The notes under the pieces are model-generated. The model was not told the DNA's origin. It searched no databases and was given only the letters and a program-made list of their open reading frames with translations. From assembly GCA_964016885.1 (NCBI GenBank), contig OZ024746.1, positions 98,456,001 through 98,520,000 of the forward strand: a stretch of 64,000 nt of DNA. The letters run 5' to 3'. Below, in pieces: positions 15,868 through 29,769 of the stretch. A program made the position numbers and the translations under genes. This DNA is from Eledone cirrhosa (lineage: Eukaryota). Position 1 is the stretch's first letter; the number at the start of each line of letters is the position of its first letter.

Positions 15868-16841
15868 GCGTGTACGTGTGTGTGTATATTATCATTAGTA
15901 TGTATGTGTACACGTATCTTTCTAAGCAGATATTTGATATATAATCAGTGTTATTAGTATTATACAAGATAGACGTGATGGCTTAGCACTCGTGGAAGCT
16001 TCGTGATAGATCAAAACACAAATCTACGTGTGATAAAAAGTTTATAAATTAAACAATTAGCTTCATAGGGAGATGTCCTCCATCCAAGATATACTTCATC
16101 AAAATGGAATTAGTTTATGACTTCTCAGAACGAACGTAGCTTTTAATAACAAGTATAAATATCAATCTCCGTTAGACAGTTACATTTATGAATATAATTT
16201 ATCCAAATATATACCTACTGCGAAGAGACAGAATGATTCAAATCGTATTATATTTGAGTAATGAGTTTGTTTGTTATTTTCGAGTCAGATCACAACGCTA
16301 AATATTCCTGAATAACACGTCTCCGTCACCATCCTCTGGGTAAACGCCTTCTCTATTCTGTCCGCCGGGGCCGTGGGGCGGCAAGTACGTGGAGCCCTAT
16401 TTGCTCATAATAATTGTTTCTACTTTAGGCACAAGGCCAGTAATTACTAGTGTGTTATTTTATCGACCAGTGCATTACTGGTACTTTATTTTATCGACCA
16501 CGTAAGGATGAAAGGCAAAGTTAACCTCAGCGGGATTTGTACTCAGACCGTAAAGGGACCGTAACTCTATGCTGCAAAGCATGGCGTCTGACCCTCTACT
16601 GATACTGCCAATATGAGAGATGGTGAGAGCGAGAGAGAGACGATGGCATTGACTATACCAGCATTGCTGAAGTACTTTTTAGAGTTAAAGGTTAAGTGAT
16701 TTCATTAAATTCCTCATCTTCCAGCTTTACTCCCTGCCACAGCAAGTCTCTTTGACACTATAGCAATGTAATAAAACTAGGTATGATAAATAATTAACTT
16801 AGTACCAAATATCTCAGCACTTCTCTTCTAGTTAGCTAGAG

Positions 16842-17288
16842 CAGATCCCAACCTTTGTTAGGTCATGGCCTGCTTTGAACCCAGAATTTTTCTGTGGCCC
16901 ATGAAATTATTATAGTGTAAAAAATTACTTCCATTTTACCTAGAATATATCCAATAAAGATACAACTAAAGATTTTCCCAAAACTGAAATGGTGTAATTT
17001 TCTTTCTACAGTCTGAAAAAACGGTATTTTCAATGCCTGGCTAATTAAAAGTTATTCAAATACTAAGTAATTAGTAAATTTTCATAATCTAAATATATTA
17101 AAATTATTTCCATATATTTAATTTCATTAATTTAAGGACTAGTAGTCAATAAAATCTCTATGGACCATTCAATAAGCTGTGGCCCATATATTATCCTGGT
17201 GCCCCAGTAAAAATTATAACATTTCTGTGGTCCACCTGAAATTTGGCAGGCCCATTTTAGCCATGTAGCCATAGGTTGGGAAATATTG
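16842..17288. mobile_element. hAT (Charlie-like) MITE
   Basis: cccaacct/aggttggga subterminal IR; 8-bp TSD agctagag/aactagag. Confidence 0.7.
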
Positions 17289-17769
17289 AACTAGAGGACA
17301 GAAAACATAGAATGAATAGTTGAATGTCTGCCTATCTCTATTGTTGCTTGTGTATGTTAAGTTTCAAAGACACACAATACAATATAGCTAATATTTTGAT
17401 TTCGGTTACTCTGGAGAGTGGGCACAACATAGGAAAATGGTTAAGTCGTTCGCTTCGTAAATATTAGGTTTCGAGTTAAATCTCTCTGCGTACCATCTTG
17501 GACAAGAGACTTTTTCCATAGCGTTATTTTGACCCATATATTTTTTTTTTCGATTAACAGTGACGTAAATGTTTATCCATATATATAAAATTGATGTTGT
17601 CTGTGTGTCCTCATTTTTGCAAAGTCTATACAAATCCACATTTCTACTCCGATTGACTTCAAACTTGCATTTATATATTCCTTGCGATCTAAAGATATTA
17701 ACTGCAGCTTTTATTTTTCAATTTTCTGTTGTTAAAGGGGTTTTAGGCGCCGGTTATCTATCTCCGTCG

Positions 17770-18034
17770 CGCTCTTATAATATCTGTCTGTATGCCTGGC
17801 TGTCTGCATTACGACATTCTGACGAACATTGATGACGTATTATGTTCGCTATTATCCGTTCGTTGCCAGGGAACGTCTTCACGAACCAAAGTATCGTCTT
17901 CCTGTTTTCCTTCGGTTGTAACGTTTTTCGAAATATCTACTTCTGCGTCCACAGATTGATGTTTTTAGTTTCAGAAGATCCCGTTAAGGGTGAAGGCAAC
18001 GATTCTTTGCTTAAACTTTAATCTGTTATTTTAA
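17770..18034 (+). mobile_element. Solo terminal-repeat fragment of the same Penelope-like family
   Basis: Similar to 12960-13165. Confidence 0.75.
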
Positions 18035-18722
18035 TCTATATATGTATATATATAAAACTGAGGAAGGGTGTATGTATGTATGTATGTATGTATGTATGTA
18101 TGTATGTATGTATGTATGTATGTATGTGTGTATGTATATATGGGGGGGGACCCTAGAAGTACCCAACCGATCTTTTTCAAACTTTACATGTATATTACTT
18201 ATATTTCAGGGAGTGTTATGCACATGAAAAAAATTAAATTTTTGGTCCCCTAGGGCCCGCGTTAGGTGAAAAACTGTGTTTTTTCCAGCTTTTTATGGGT
18301 TTTTTTAGGCATTACGTCAGACCGATTTCCTTTAAATTGTAACTATGTATTAGTCAGTCTCTTCTTCATATCGTGAGCAAAGAAAATACAACTTTTTTAT
18401 GGCCTAGGGCCCGCATTAGGTGAAAAACTTCATTTCTTTTCAGCCTTTTAAGGCTTTTTTGAGGCGTTACGTCAAGCCGATTTTCCCGAAATTTCAAGGC
18501 ATATTATGCACATAAAAAAATTCATTTTCTTGATCCCCTAGGGCCCACATTAGGTGAAAACCTGCCTTTTTCCTGCTTCATCGAGGAAAATCTTAGATTA
18601 TCCAGCTATCAGTTTATTTTCTTTACATATTGTCCAGGCATGCAGTTTTTCCACGATTGGGTCTGTTGGCGGCCCGCGTTCCAAAATACCTTATCCCGTG
18701 CAACGCCGGGTACCACTGCTAG
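18035..18722 (+). mobile_element. Non-autonomous Helitron
   Basis: 5' TC, internal microsatellite, 3' hairpin CCCGTGCAACGCCGGG then CTAG, in A|T context. Confidence 0.8.
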
Positions 18723-19744
18723 TTCTCAATATATGTGTTTCACTCACAAAGTTGGCTTAAAAACCATTGGCAATAACATATATATGAAATAGAAAGATAA
18801 AAACATGATTAAGTAATGAGAAATGGCGGAAGGGGTAAAGATGGGCAGAGCTGGCTGTATGGGAAAGTAGAGGATAAGGATAAAGATCCCATACCTCCTT
18901 GTGGAGTCGTAGAGGCACCATCATACAGTGTGTCTAGGGCACTTTTAAACCAGGCGGAGCTCAACCCTCTCCAGGTCTGAACACAGCTGATTTTTTGTAT
19001 AGAGGAAGAATTGGCCCCAGTACTGGTCTGGGGCTTTTTTATCAACCTCGAAAGGATGAAAGACAAAGTTGACGACGGCGGGATTTGAACTCAGAGAGTG
19101 CAATGAGGTGGAACGAATACCGTAAAGCATTCTATCCGACGTCTTAACTCTACCAATTCGCCTCTAAATGCCATTGTGTGTAGCATTGAGTGGACGGAAA
19201 CTGTCTGGAAACCCATCAGGTGGATTGCACATGTACGTCAAAGGGCCAAGCTTGTCACACACTGTACCACGCTGAATCTCCCTGAGAATTATGTTATAGG
19301 TACACGTGTCAATGGAATACTCAGCCACATACACGTTAATTTCACGAGCACACCGTTCCATATTTACGGGCAAACCCAACTGACAGGAGATCCAGAGGTA
19401 GAACCCGAGCAAGATGGTTGGATAACATCCATGAGCTTGGCTGGTCTCGGGGATCCAGTCGGATCAGCTGGAGACGGTTGCTTTTGATATGAGCCGCTGG
19501 AAGGAGGAGTATTTGAGGACTCTGCCCCTTCGAATCTCTCTGGAGATTATATTAAGGGAATATCTTTGGAGTAACGTTACGCGATAAAGTGCGAAGCTCG
19601 GAGATCAGAACATTCCAGGTAGAGCCGCTACTTCTCCGAATTGAGAAGAAGAAGAAGAAGAAGAAGAAGAAGAAGAAGAAGAAGAAGAAGAAGAAGAAGA
19701 AGAAGAAGAAGAAGAAGAAGAAGAAGAAGAAGAAGAAGAAGAAG

Positions 19745-19775
<31 letters not shown>

Positions 19776-21199
19776 TTGACAATGTTAGTGTTTGGGAAAC
19801 GTGAGGAAATTAATACAGAGGAGAATCAATTAATTACTGAGATTTATATATTATTCCAATGATCGATATGGTAGGGAATATTCAAACAGAATTTCTTTTT
19901 TAATATCACACAGGTGAAACGTTTTCTTAGCTTCTTGTGCATGATAACGTCAAAAGACCTGTGATCCTGAGTTTATTGCAATTAACCGTGTTCTACTATT
20001 ATACTCACACTTAAGCGTTCTAGTGCATGTTTGCCGATCAATAACACATAAAGAAGAGAAATAAATTCAATCAGAAGCTGGAATGTATGATTGATGTAAG
20101 TTAATGGTTAGCTTTTTCCTGTGTTTTATATCAGAAGCGTTTACTTATTAATAAGTAGTTTCATGATATGGTTAGTAAACGTTTTACATGAAAACATGTA
20201 AATCGATTTTTAAATATTGCACTCAGGTGTGGATACAACATGACCGAATTGTTCCAAGAATTTATTTCAAAATCATTGGGTCCCATGATCAATCCCACTA
20301 CGTGACATCTGGAGCAAGTGTCATTTATTTTAGTCTCGGCTCAACTCATTTTGTGAATGAAACTAGGTAGGCGGAAACTGTTTGGAAGCCAGAGTTGAAT
20401 TTAGACCTTGTGGGGACCGGGGCACTTCAGGTTTGGAGGGCCCCTCATTCACAAAAAAATTAGAATACACAGAAGCCCGAAACCTCCTAGATTTACATAT
20501 AAAAGCTTGGCGCAATTAATTGGAATTTTAAAGTTATACATACAGGTATTAAATTCAAAAGTTCGAACCATCCTAAAACTGAAAAGCCCAACACAAATAA
20601 ATTGCAACGGCTGTCGTTGGTGGGTCCTCCACAGCAGGAGGCGCGAGGCAATTACCCCCTTTGCACCTCATTAAATCCGGCCATGTTGGAAGCCCGTCGG
20701 ATAGATTGTAACTGTAATTCAAGGAGCCAACCCCTTTTTACACACTGTGTCACGCTGAATCACCGTCAATTATGTTACGTTGGCATGTGTCTGTGAAATG
20801 CTCAGCCACTTACGCGTTAATTTCATAAACAAGTTGTTCTGTTGATCGACAGATTGGAACTCTTATCCTCAAAACCGACGGAGATCCACTCCACTGCTAT
20901 GAAGAGAACGGTTTCAGTGACATATGCAGAAGATCAATGGGTTAACTTCATTATAATGTTCGATATCATCCGGAGCCAGTTGAACCTGGATCTCGTGTAG
21001 GGCAAGGTGGTTTGTGTTAACTAAAATATATCTGAAATAAAATATTTTACTGGTTCGTTTAATGTATTTTCTTAAACCATGAAAAATATGGCGTCTGACT
21101 TGTTGCTTCAGTTCTTTAAAACCCGTAAAATATTTTAGTTCGGTTATTTTTCTGTTAACACAAACCATCTTATATTTTTGTTGATATCTGAAAACAAAA

Positions 21200-21676
21200 T
21201 TAACAACAATCGAGGAAGAATATATTGAGACAGATGGCACTAAGGAATACTGGTGGAACCTGAAAATAAAAACTGCCACCAAATTAAAGCACAACCGGCC
21301 TGATATTGTTGTTTGGGACCACACATTGAAAACGTGTTCTGTTGTGGAGATCAGCTCTGCCCACTTGATGTAAACGTTGTCAGAAAAATACAGGAGAAGG
21401 AGGACATCTACGGACCATTGATCAGAAGTTTACAAATCCAGTATCCAAGATACACCCTTAGCTTCTTACCCATCATTATTGGAGTTACGGGTTATAAACC
21501 AACCCGCTTGGACCAAAGTATGACTGAACTCCCTAATTCATAGTCTACAAATGGCTGCGATAGCTGGCACCTTCAAAATTTGCAAAACAAGGGATGACAA
21601 TTTCTTTTCTTTTACAACCTTGCCACCAGGAAGGTGGCCGGTCAAAAAAATATACTCGAAATTAAGAGAAAGAGAT
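21200..21676 (+). mobile_element. R4/Dong-like non-LTR retrotransposon 3' fragment (RLE domain)
   Basis: HNRPDIVVWD...CSVVEIS-CPLDVNVVRKIQEKEDIY...PIIIGxTG; followed by (ACAT)n. Confidence 0.75.
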
Positions 21677-21690
21677 AACATACATACAGA

Positions 21691-22285
21691 CATGGTGGCT
21701 GCCAACTCGTTTTCGAGTACGGCCACTGCTTTATATCCATGTAGGAGAAACCCTACCGATGCGCTGAACGAGTGTGACTTTTTAGTCCAGCCAGCGACTT
21801 GAAAACTCTGGTACAAACACTACACCTGTGACAATTATTGACACATAGTGCTGGACCCATGGTACCATGTGACGACAAGTGCAGAGAGATCTCCAGATAC
21901 AAAGCAATGCCTGTGCCGTGAAGCTTTTATGGTGAGCAAAGGCACTTGCACAAAGCCAGTCCCACTCTCTTAACCAAGATGATATTTACCAAAAAGAAGA
22001 ACAAGTCAACATCATTGGATACCATCAGAGTTGCAGGTGTTATATCAGAGTTTTCCTTCTAGAATTCTGCCTTGACAAAGGCTAAGGGGTCATCTCTCCC
22101 GGTGATTTTGGATGGCCATTGACTCTTAAGAGCTCCTTTGCCCTTTGACAGGTTTTGTTTTTAGTCCTGCAGGATGTCCAAAGTCACCCTCCTCACCAAG
22201 AAACCTTGGTGGGGTTGCCAGTTTAGTCGCCAACGGCCCGACCATGGGACAGGTTGTATTGGGATACATGTTACTGGGATATATA

Positions 22286-22316
<31 letters not shown>

Positions 22317-23147
22317 CATACATACATACATACATACATACATACATACATACATGGTGGCTGCCAACTCGTTTTCGAGTACGGCCACTACTTTATATCC
22401 ATGTAGGAGAACTCCTACCGATGCGCTGAATGAGTGTGAGTTCTTAGTCCAGCCAACGATTTGAAAACTCTGGTACAAACACTACACTTGTGACAATTAT
22501 TGACACATAGTGCTGGGCCCATGGTACCATGTGACGACAAGTGCAAAGAGATCTCCAGATATAAAGCAATGCCTGTGCCGTGAAGCTTTTATAGTGAGCA
22601 AAGGCACTGCACAAAGCCAGTCCCACTCTCTTAACCAAGATGATATTTACCAAAAAGAAGAACAAGTCAACATCATTGGATACCATCAGGGTTGCAGGTG
22701 TTATATCGGAGTTTTCCTTCTCCTAGAATTCTGCCTTGACAATGGCTAAGGGGTCATCTCTCCTGGTGATTTTGGATGGCCATTGACTCTTAAGAGCTCC
22801 TTTGCCCTTTGACAGGTTTTGTTTTTATTCCTGCAGGATGTCCAAAGTCACCCTCCTCACATACATACATACATACATGATGGCTGCAGACTGCTAAGAG
22901 TATTGCAATCGCTTGTCAGATTACAGAAAATGGTGCACTTTTAGGCTACGGCCAGCCGCACGAACCTGTAACAGATCCTTAACAAGCAATGCCTGTGCTT
23001 TGAAGGGCTTTTTTAAGTGGGGAAAGGCCTTGCAATCGACCAATCCCACTCCCTGAGCATCAAAAACATTGCCCGAAAAGGAGAACTAGTCGACATCATC
23101 GGATGCTTCCGAAGCAGCAGGTGTTTTTTTTTTCAGAGTTTCCCTCT
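21691..23147 (-). mobile_element. (ATGT)-tailed retroposon copies 3 and 4 plus a degenerate relative, separated by (TACA)n
   Basis: 21691-22280, 22353-22860 and 22876-23147, all in the same orientation. Confidence 0.85.
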
Positions 23148-23333
23148 CATACATACATACATACATACATACATTATGCACATGCACACATATATCTCAA
23201 AACATCCACATCCACACATACATTAACATCCATACCTGTACACACATTCAGACATGCAGACATATCTACCTAGTTGATGTCTAAATTCCAATGAGAAAGT
23301 ATTGTATCTATGTTAGAAACTGACCGTCTCTCA

Positions 23334-23394
<61 letters not shown>

Positions 23395-23464
23395 TCACTC
23401 ATTCTTGCTTTCTCTCTCCCTCTCTCTCTCACACACACACACTCTCACTCACTCACTCTAACTT

Positions 23465-23498
<34 letters not shown>

Positions 23499-24344
23499 GC
23501 GCACACACCCACACACTCACTCACTCTAACTTTCTCTCTCTCTCTCACACACACACACACGCGCGCACACACCCACACACTCACTCACTCACTCTTGCTT
23601 TCTCTCTCTCTCTCTTGGTAAAAATTTATAAAATTATGAAACCAGAAGAACATACATACACACACTCACATATACACATACATACACATATATGCATACA
23701 CACATACACATATATACACATATATACACACATATATACACACATATATACACAAATCATTTCCACAAGTTACTGTCCTACTTTGAAACCCTCTGTTAAT
23801 TTCAGGTCAGTGAACTGGCTGGAAATTTGCCAGATACACACTGACGGCTTTCCTTAGTTGAAAATATACATCTCTACTTCTCTACTTCCTATCTGAACTA
23901 ATCATTGCCATCCGATTGAATAACGGATATCATCCTCCAAGCCGTGTTTTTCTTTTCTTCACATTCCTCACAAAAACCAAAATCCACAACCCCTTCCTCA
24001 ACCAGTCAACTGACAAAGTCCTTCGCAAGCACGCAACTGTGTTGTGTTTGTATTGCTGACAAATATTGCTTTCAACACCTGCGGGAGAAAAATCAACTCC
24101 GTCCCCAACTGTTAGCAACACAGCCTGCCAACCAGCCAAGCGACCAGCCTGTGAGCCAACCATTAGGAAAGTAAATGATATATTCGTGCGTTGCATGGTC
24201 TGTAAGCTTTCTCGTTTTCCCAAATTACAACTGAGTCATTTTTTTTTCTTATTTATACTGCTTCCAAATTCACCCTACACGCACACACTCAATAAATTTG
24301 TCGCAAAAGATTGTCTTCGCTACTTCATTATGTACACCTGAATC

Positions 24345-24640
24345 CATGTATGACTGAGTGGATAAAACGTTCGTTTCGCAAACATAAGGTTCAGAGTTCG
24401 GTCCCACTGCGGGGTATTCTGAGTGTTATTTATCATATCGTCAGGTAGATTATAAGCCTGACTGAAACTATTTCCAAGCCTGTTGGATATTAATTCAAAC
24501 ACCCAAACTAATTACATATTGTGCCACGCTGATTCTGCCGGTGAATTACGTTAAGAGTACACGTGTCTTTGGAATATTAAACCACTCGTTAATTCACGAG
24601 TTGGTCGTGCAGTTGATCAATCGACGAGCAATTCATCATG
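24345..24640 (+). mobile_element. Degenerate third SINE family (related pieces at 19165-19400, 20686-20900, 24740-24880, 17420-17530 (-))
   Basis: tRNA-like head (gagtggataaa...gagttcggtccc) and recurring cacgctgaatc...gtacacgtgtc...cacttacgcgttaatttcacgag module. Confidence 0.55.
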
Positions 24641-25110
24641 TACACTCAAGTTACTGGAGTGAAAACTTATCCAACCACTTCAACCTAACGTAGTGAGCTC
24701 TTTTGAGAGTGTCTCTTCCATTATACTGAAACAGTGTGGGCACAACATGGTCGAATGGTTAAGTTCATTTCACAGTCATAAATCCCTGATTCGATCGAAT
24801 CAGGGATTTGCCATGGCCTCAAGTCGACCCAAGCCTTGAGTTACATTGGATTGACAGAAACTGATAGAAATCCCGTCTGATGAAGCAACCGTTTAATCAT
24901 ACCGTTCATTATTATAATGATGTGGTGGATTGGCAGTATCGGTAGAGGATGGGACGCCATGCTTTCCAGCATAGTTACGTCCCTTTACGGACTGAGTTCA
25001 AATCCCGCCGAGGTTAACTTTGCCTTTCATCCTTACGGGGTCGATAAAATAAAGTACCAGTAACGTACTGGGGTAATTGCTGGCCTTGTGCCAAAAGTAG
25101 AAACAATTAT

Positions 25111-25979
25111 TATCATCATCATCATCATTCGTCGACTACTGTCGAGATGATGGATCTCACTCTCATGCCCCAGAATTCCCTGTCCCCCATCGCTGCCCCC
25201 AGGTCCTGTCTGCTGATTCCCGTATCCCTAGAGATAACGTCAGGGAATGACAGCTTCCTACTCCTAGTCAGGCTGGAGTCAGGGTTCCAGAGCAAGAGAG
25301 CGGATATGATTTCATTGCTGGCACGGTGACAGTGGCCAGCAAATTGAGCTCTCCGGGATTTTAGAAGGGCAGAGGCTCGAGGGAGTTTGCCATAGATTTT
25401 AGAGAAGGTGGGATGTCGTTTCCAGGATAGGTTTTGCACTCTCATTAAGAGGCGGGTATATGTGCCATCCAGTCTCCTCTCAAGTTGTGATGTTAGTGTC
25501 CAAGTTTCGGATCCATAAAGTAATATGGGCTTAATGGTTGCTTGGAATATTTCCAGTTTTAGCTTGTTGGTAAGTTGAGATGTCCATATGGCGTGCATGT
25601 CATTGCACGCTGACCATGCCATACCCTTCCTGGTTAGAAAATCTTTTTTGGAGGAGGAGATATATGAGCCAAGATACTTGTAATCTTCCACCTGCTTAAG
25701 GGTGGTACCATTAAGGGTTCTGATGGGGTAGTTTGGGCTGTTTTCGCATCTGTTCACATACTCAGTCTTGGATTCGTTGAGGTACAGTCCAACACAGTTG
25801 GACGCTTGCTCTAATGACTTCAAAAGACTCTCAGCATTTTCCAGTGACCGACTGATCAATGCGATGTCGTCAGCAAAGTCGGTGTCGGTCAAGTATTTTG
25901 CTGGGTAGCGTGAGCTTCTCCTAGGCTGTAGTTGGTATCCCCTATCCTGAATACTATCCACAGACATGCGCAAAACATA
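25111..25979 (-). mobile_element. 5'-truncated RTE-clade LINE with intact 282-aa RT C-terminal frame and (GAT)n tail
   Basis: DFADDIAL, GLYLNESKT, YKYLGS and LLYGSETW motifs. Confidence 0.9.
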
Positions 25980-26364
25980 ATTATTATAATGATGTGGTGG
26001 ATTGGCAGTATCGGTAGAGGGTCGGGCACCATGCTTTCCAGCATAGTTACGTCTCTTTACGGACTGAGTTCAAATCCCGCCGAGGTTAACTTTACCTTTC
26101 ATCCTTACGGGGTCGATAAAATGAAGTACCAGTAACGTACTGGGGTAATTGCTGGCCTTGTGCCAAAAGTAGAAACAATTATCATGATGATGCATTCAAA
26201 AACAGTGGCTTTAAAGTTAGTATACATTACGTTCAAAACATCACTGATAGTCAAACGCATAATTAAAAAGAAATCCCATTGATTAGATGGTTCAACCCAT
26301 CGTAGAGTTTCATCCTCAGAAAGAAAGTCTAAAGTATGAGATGAGAAATGAGAGTTATACTTTA

Positions 26365-26430
<66 letters not shown>

Positions 26431-26573
26431 TCGATTTGAGGTTTTATCTTAACTCCAAAATTTTTACTATACAATATAGTATCCAGCTGTATATGGCGAC
26501 CCCTCGCGCTGAGTATACTACAATTTTACGAATATTCATATACACTCATCGCTTCTAACCGTTTCAATTTATG

Positions 26574-26673
<100 letters not shown>

Positions 26674-26839
26674 CATATATATCAATGATATTAATAAATG
26701 GAAACTATATTTATAAAACCATATTTATTCTATTATATATATTTCAAAATATATTTCAAGAAATCAGTCGAGTGCTTCGATTCTATTATAAATATATATA
26801 TTTGTTGAATTACCAACAAATTAAATATCCCTTCGCTTT

Positions 26840-26876
<37 letters not shown>

Positions 26877-27261
26877 AATCGGAGTCGATAACATAAAGTA
26901 CCAGTTACGCAGTGAGGGCGATTTAATTGACTTCCCCTTCCCCCAAATATGCTGGCCTTGTTCCTATATAAGAGACATTATCAAAGTTGTCTACTTTTGC
27001 ATTAGTTCAAATTTATTGACAGTCATGAGATGACAGAAGACATTTTCAGAAGAAATCATTAAATGATGGGAAAGTAGATGACTTTAACAGTCATAATACA
27101 TACACACCTGCTTTTTATATATTCTCGATTTCTTCATACTGATATATTTTAGTCACATACTCGCAGTTGTTTAGACACGTGGCTTGCGTACGTACGTACA
27201 TACGTACATGACGGCTGTCCCCTCGTTATCGAGTAGGGCCATTGCACGAGAAAAAAATACC

Positions 27262-27304
<43 letters not shown>

Positions 27305-27367
27305 TAACGATAACGATAACAATAATAACAATAATGATAACGACAATAACAACAACAATAATAATAT

Positions 27368-27457
<90 letters not shown>

Positions 27458-27469
27458 CACACACGCGCG

Positions 27470-29052
27470 ATAGCAATTAACAGCGATCCAAAGTGGCTTT
27501 TTAGCCCAACCAATGATCTAAAATGTCTTGCACAGAGTCGGCAACCAAAACATTCACTGTGAATAGCCGGCTGTGGTTGGAGTTCATGTACTTTTGCATG
27601 TCGTTTGAGCTCTCCTGCTGATATACATTCTCTACCACATGCTTGGCAAGTATGATGAGTAACATCTCTAACAGCAGGCTGGTAGTCAACCACTGGTCTT
27701 ACTTTATGACTGCGAAGATGACTTTCGAGTCCAGCTTTGCTTAGGCAAAGTCTCGCACAGACGCTGCATGTCAGCACCATAGGAGGACCTTCGCCGTCTG
27801 GAAATGCAACAGTAATGCCCTTCCTCACATCCCGCTTTACTTTCTCCTATGCGATTCGAGATGCCTCAAAGGCAACTTTCCCCTCATATACAGTCTTTCT
27901 CCATTTATTACGATCAGCAGCAATATTTTCCCATGTATCAGCAGAGATGTTAGCGTCTTTCAAAGAGGCTTTCAAGGAATCTTTATACCTCTTTTTTGGT
28001 TTATGTGGAGGTCGTTTTCCTTTAACTAACATAACTCCATAAAAGAGTTGTTTTGATATTCTAGAATCCTTCATCCTGGCAAGGTGACCCCTCCAACGGA
28101 GTCTTTGCTTCTTTGCTTCTATACTGTCACACATAGAGCTTTCCAAAATCTCGACATCACTGATGTGGTCCCTCCAGTGAACGCTATGGATCCGTCTGAG
28201 ACACATCTGATGGAAACGCTCCAATTGCTTAAGGCGGTGTCGATAGGTGACCCAGGTTGCAGGCATAAAGAAGAGAAGAGGGCAAACATGCCTTGTACAC
28301 CTTTACCTTTGTCTTCTTGCATATGTCTCGCCGACCCCAGAGTCGCCTTTCTAGCTTTCCGAAAGCATCACTTGTTTCCTAATCCTAAGTGAGATTTCAC
28401 TGTCAAGGTTGCTGTATCGATTGACAGTGCTTCCCAGGTAGACAAACTGATCAACCACTCCAAGTCGTTTACCATACACATAGATATTTGGTTCACTGTA
28501 CTGCTTACCAGGGGCAGGTTGGTACATGACGACGGTTTTCTTGAGACTGACAGTCAATCCTAGGGTAGTGCAAGCATCAGAAAATGCATTCAAACTGTGC
28601 TGCATATCAGTCTCTGTGTGCGCTACAAGATCGCAATCATCTGCATACAAGAGGTCTCTTATGATTGATGTAAATACTTTTGTTTTTGAAACAAAGCACC
28701 TGATGTTAGATATGCTGCCTGAGGTTCGATATTGGATGTAAACACCATGCTCGCAATTCCTGAATGCAATACAGAAAACCATTGCAAAGTATATGGCAAA
28801 CAGAGTCGGTGCTGGAATATCCCCCTGTTTCACTCCATTTTTCACTGAGATAGGCTCCGATATGTTACCTCCGACATTAACCCAAGCCTTCATGTCGTCA
28901 TGGAAAGGCCTAACCAAAGCAAGGAACTTATCAGGGCATCCAAGTTTCTGGAGAACCTTCCATAATGCATTTCTGTTAACAGAATCGAAAGCTTTTGTCA
29001 GATCGACAAAAACCTGATACAGATCCAAACCTTGTTCCGTGCACAAACTCTC
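27470..29052 (-). mobile_element. RTE (BovB-like) LINE, frameshifted, with C-terminal C2H2 fingers
   Basis: FVDLTKAFDSV, GVKQG, LLYADD, YLGS, KRYKDSLK and three CxxC..HxxxH-type units. Confidence 0.9.
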
Positions 29053-29094
29053 TACATACAAACATACATACAAACATACATACATACATACAAA

Positions 29095-29650
29095 CATGGT
29101 GGCTGCCAACTCGTTTTCGAGTACGGCCACTACTTTATATCCATGTAGGAGAACCCCTACCGATGCACTGAACGAGTGTGACTTTTTAGTCCAGCCAGCG
29201 ACTTGAAAACTCTGGTACAAACACTACACTTGTGACAATTATTGACACATAGTGCTGGGCCCATGGTACCTTGTGACGACAAGTGCAGAGAGATCTCCAG
29301 ATATAAAGCAATGCCTGTGCCGTGACGCTTTTATGGTGAGCAAAGACACTGCACAAAGCCAGTCCCACTCTCTTAACCAAGATGATATTTACCAAAAAGA
29401 AGAACAAGTCTACATCATTGGATACCATCAGGTGTTATATCAGAGTTTTCCTTCTCCTAGAATTCTGCCTTGACAAAAGCTAAGGGATCATCTCTCCCGG
29501 TGATTTTGGATGGCCATTGACTCTTAAGAGCTCCTTTGCCCTTTGACAGGTTTTGTTTTTAGTCCTGCAGGATGTCCAAAGTCACCCTCCTCACCAAGAA
29601 ATCTTGGTGGGGTTGCCAGTTTAGTCGCCAACGACCCAACCATGAGACAT
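29095..29650 (-). mobile_element. (ATGT)-tailed retroposon copy 5 (longer 5' relative at 30290-30540)
   Basis: Sequence identity to the other copies. Confidence 0.85.
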
Positions 29651-29769
29651 ATATACATACATACACACATACATACATACACACATACATACATAGATAC
29701 ATACATACATACATACATACATACATACATACATACATACATACATACATACATACATACATACATACA

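Noticed and set aside
28351-29220. 289-aa ORF as a novel fusion protein
   Set aside because: Chance read-through from a non-coding retroposon and its TATG tail into a truncated RTE RT.
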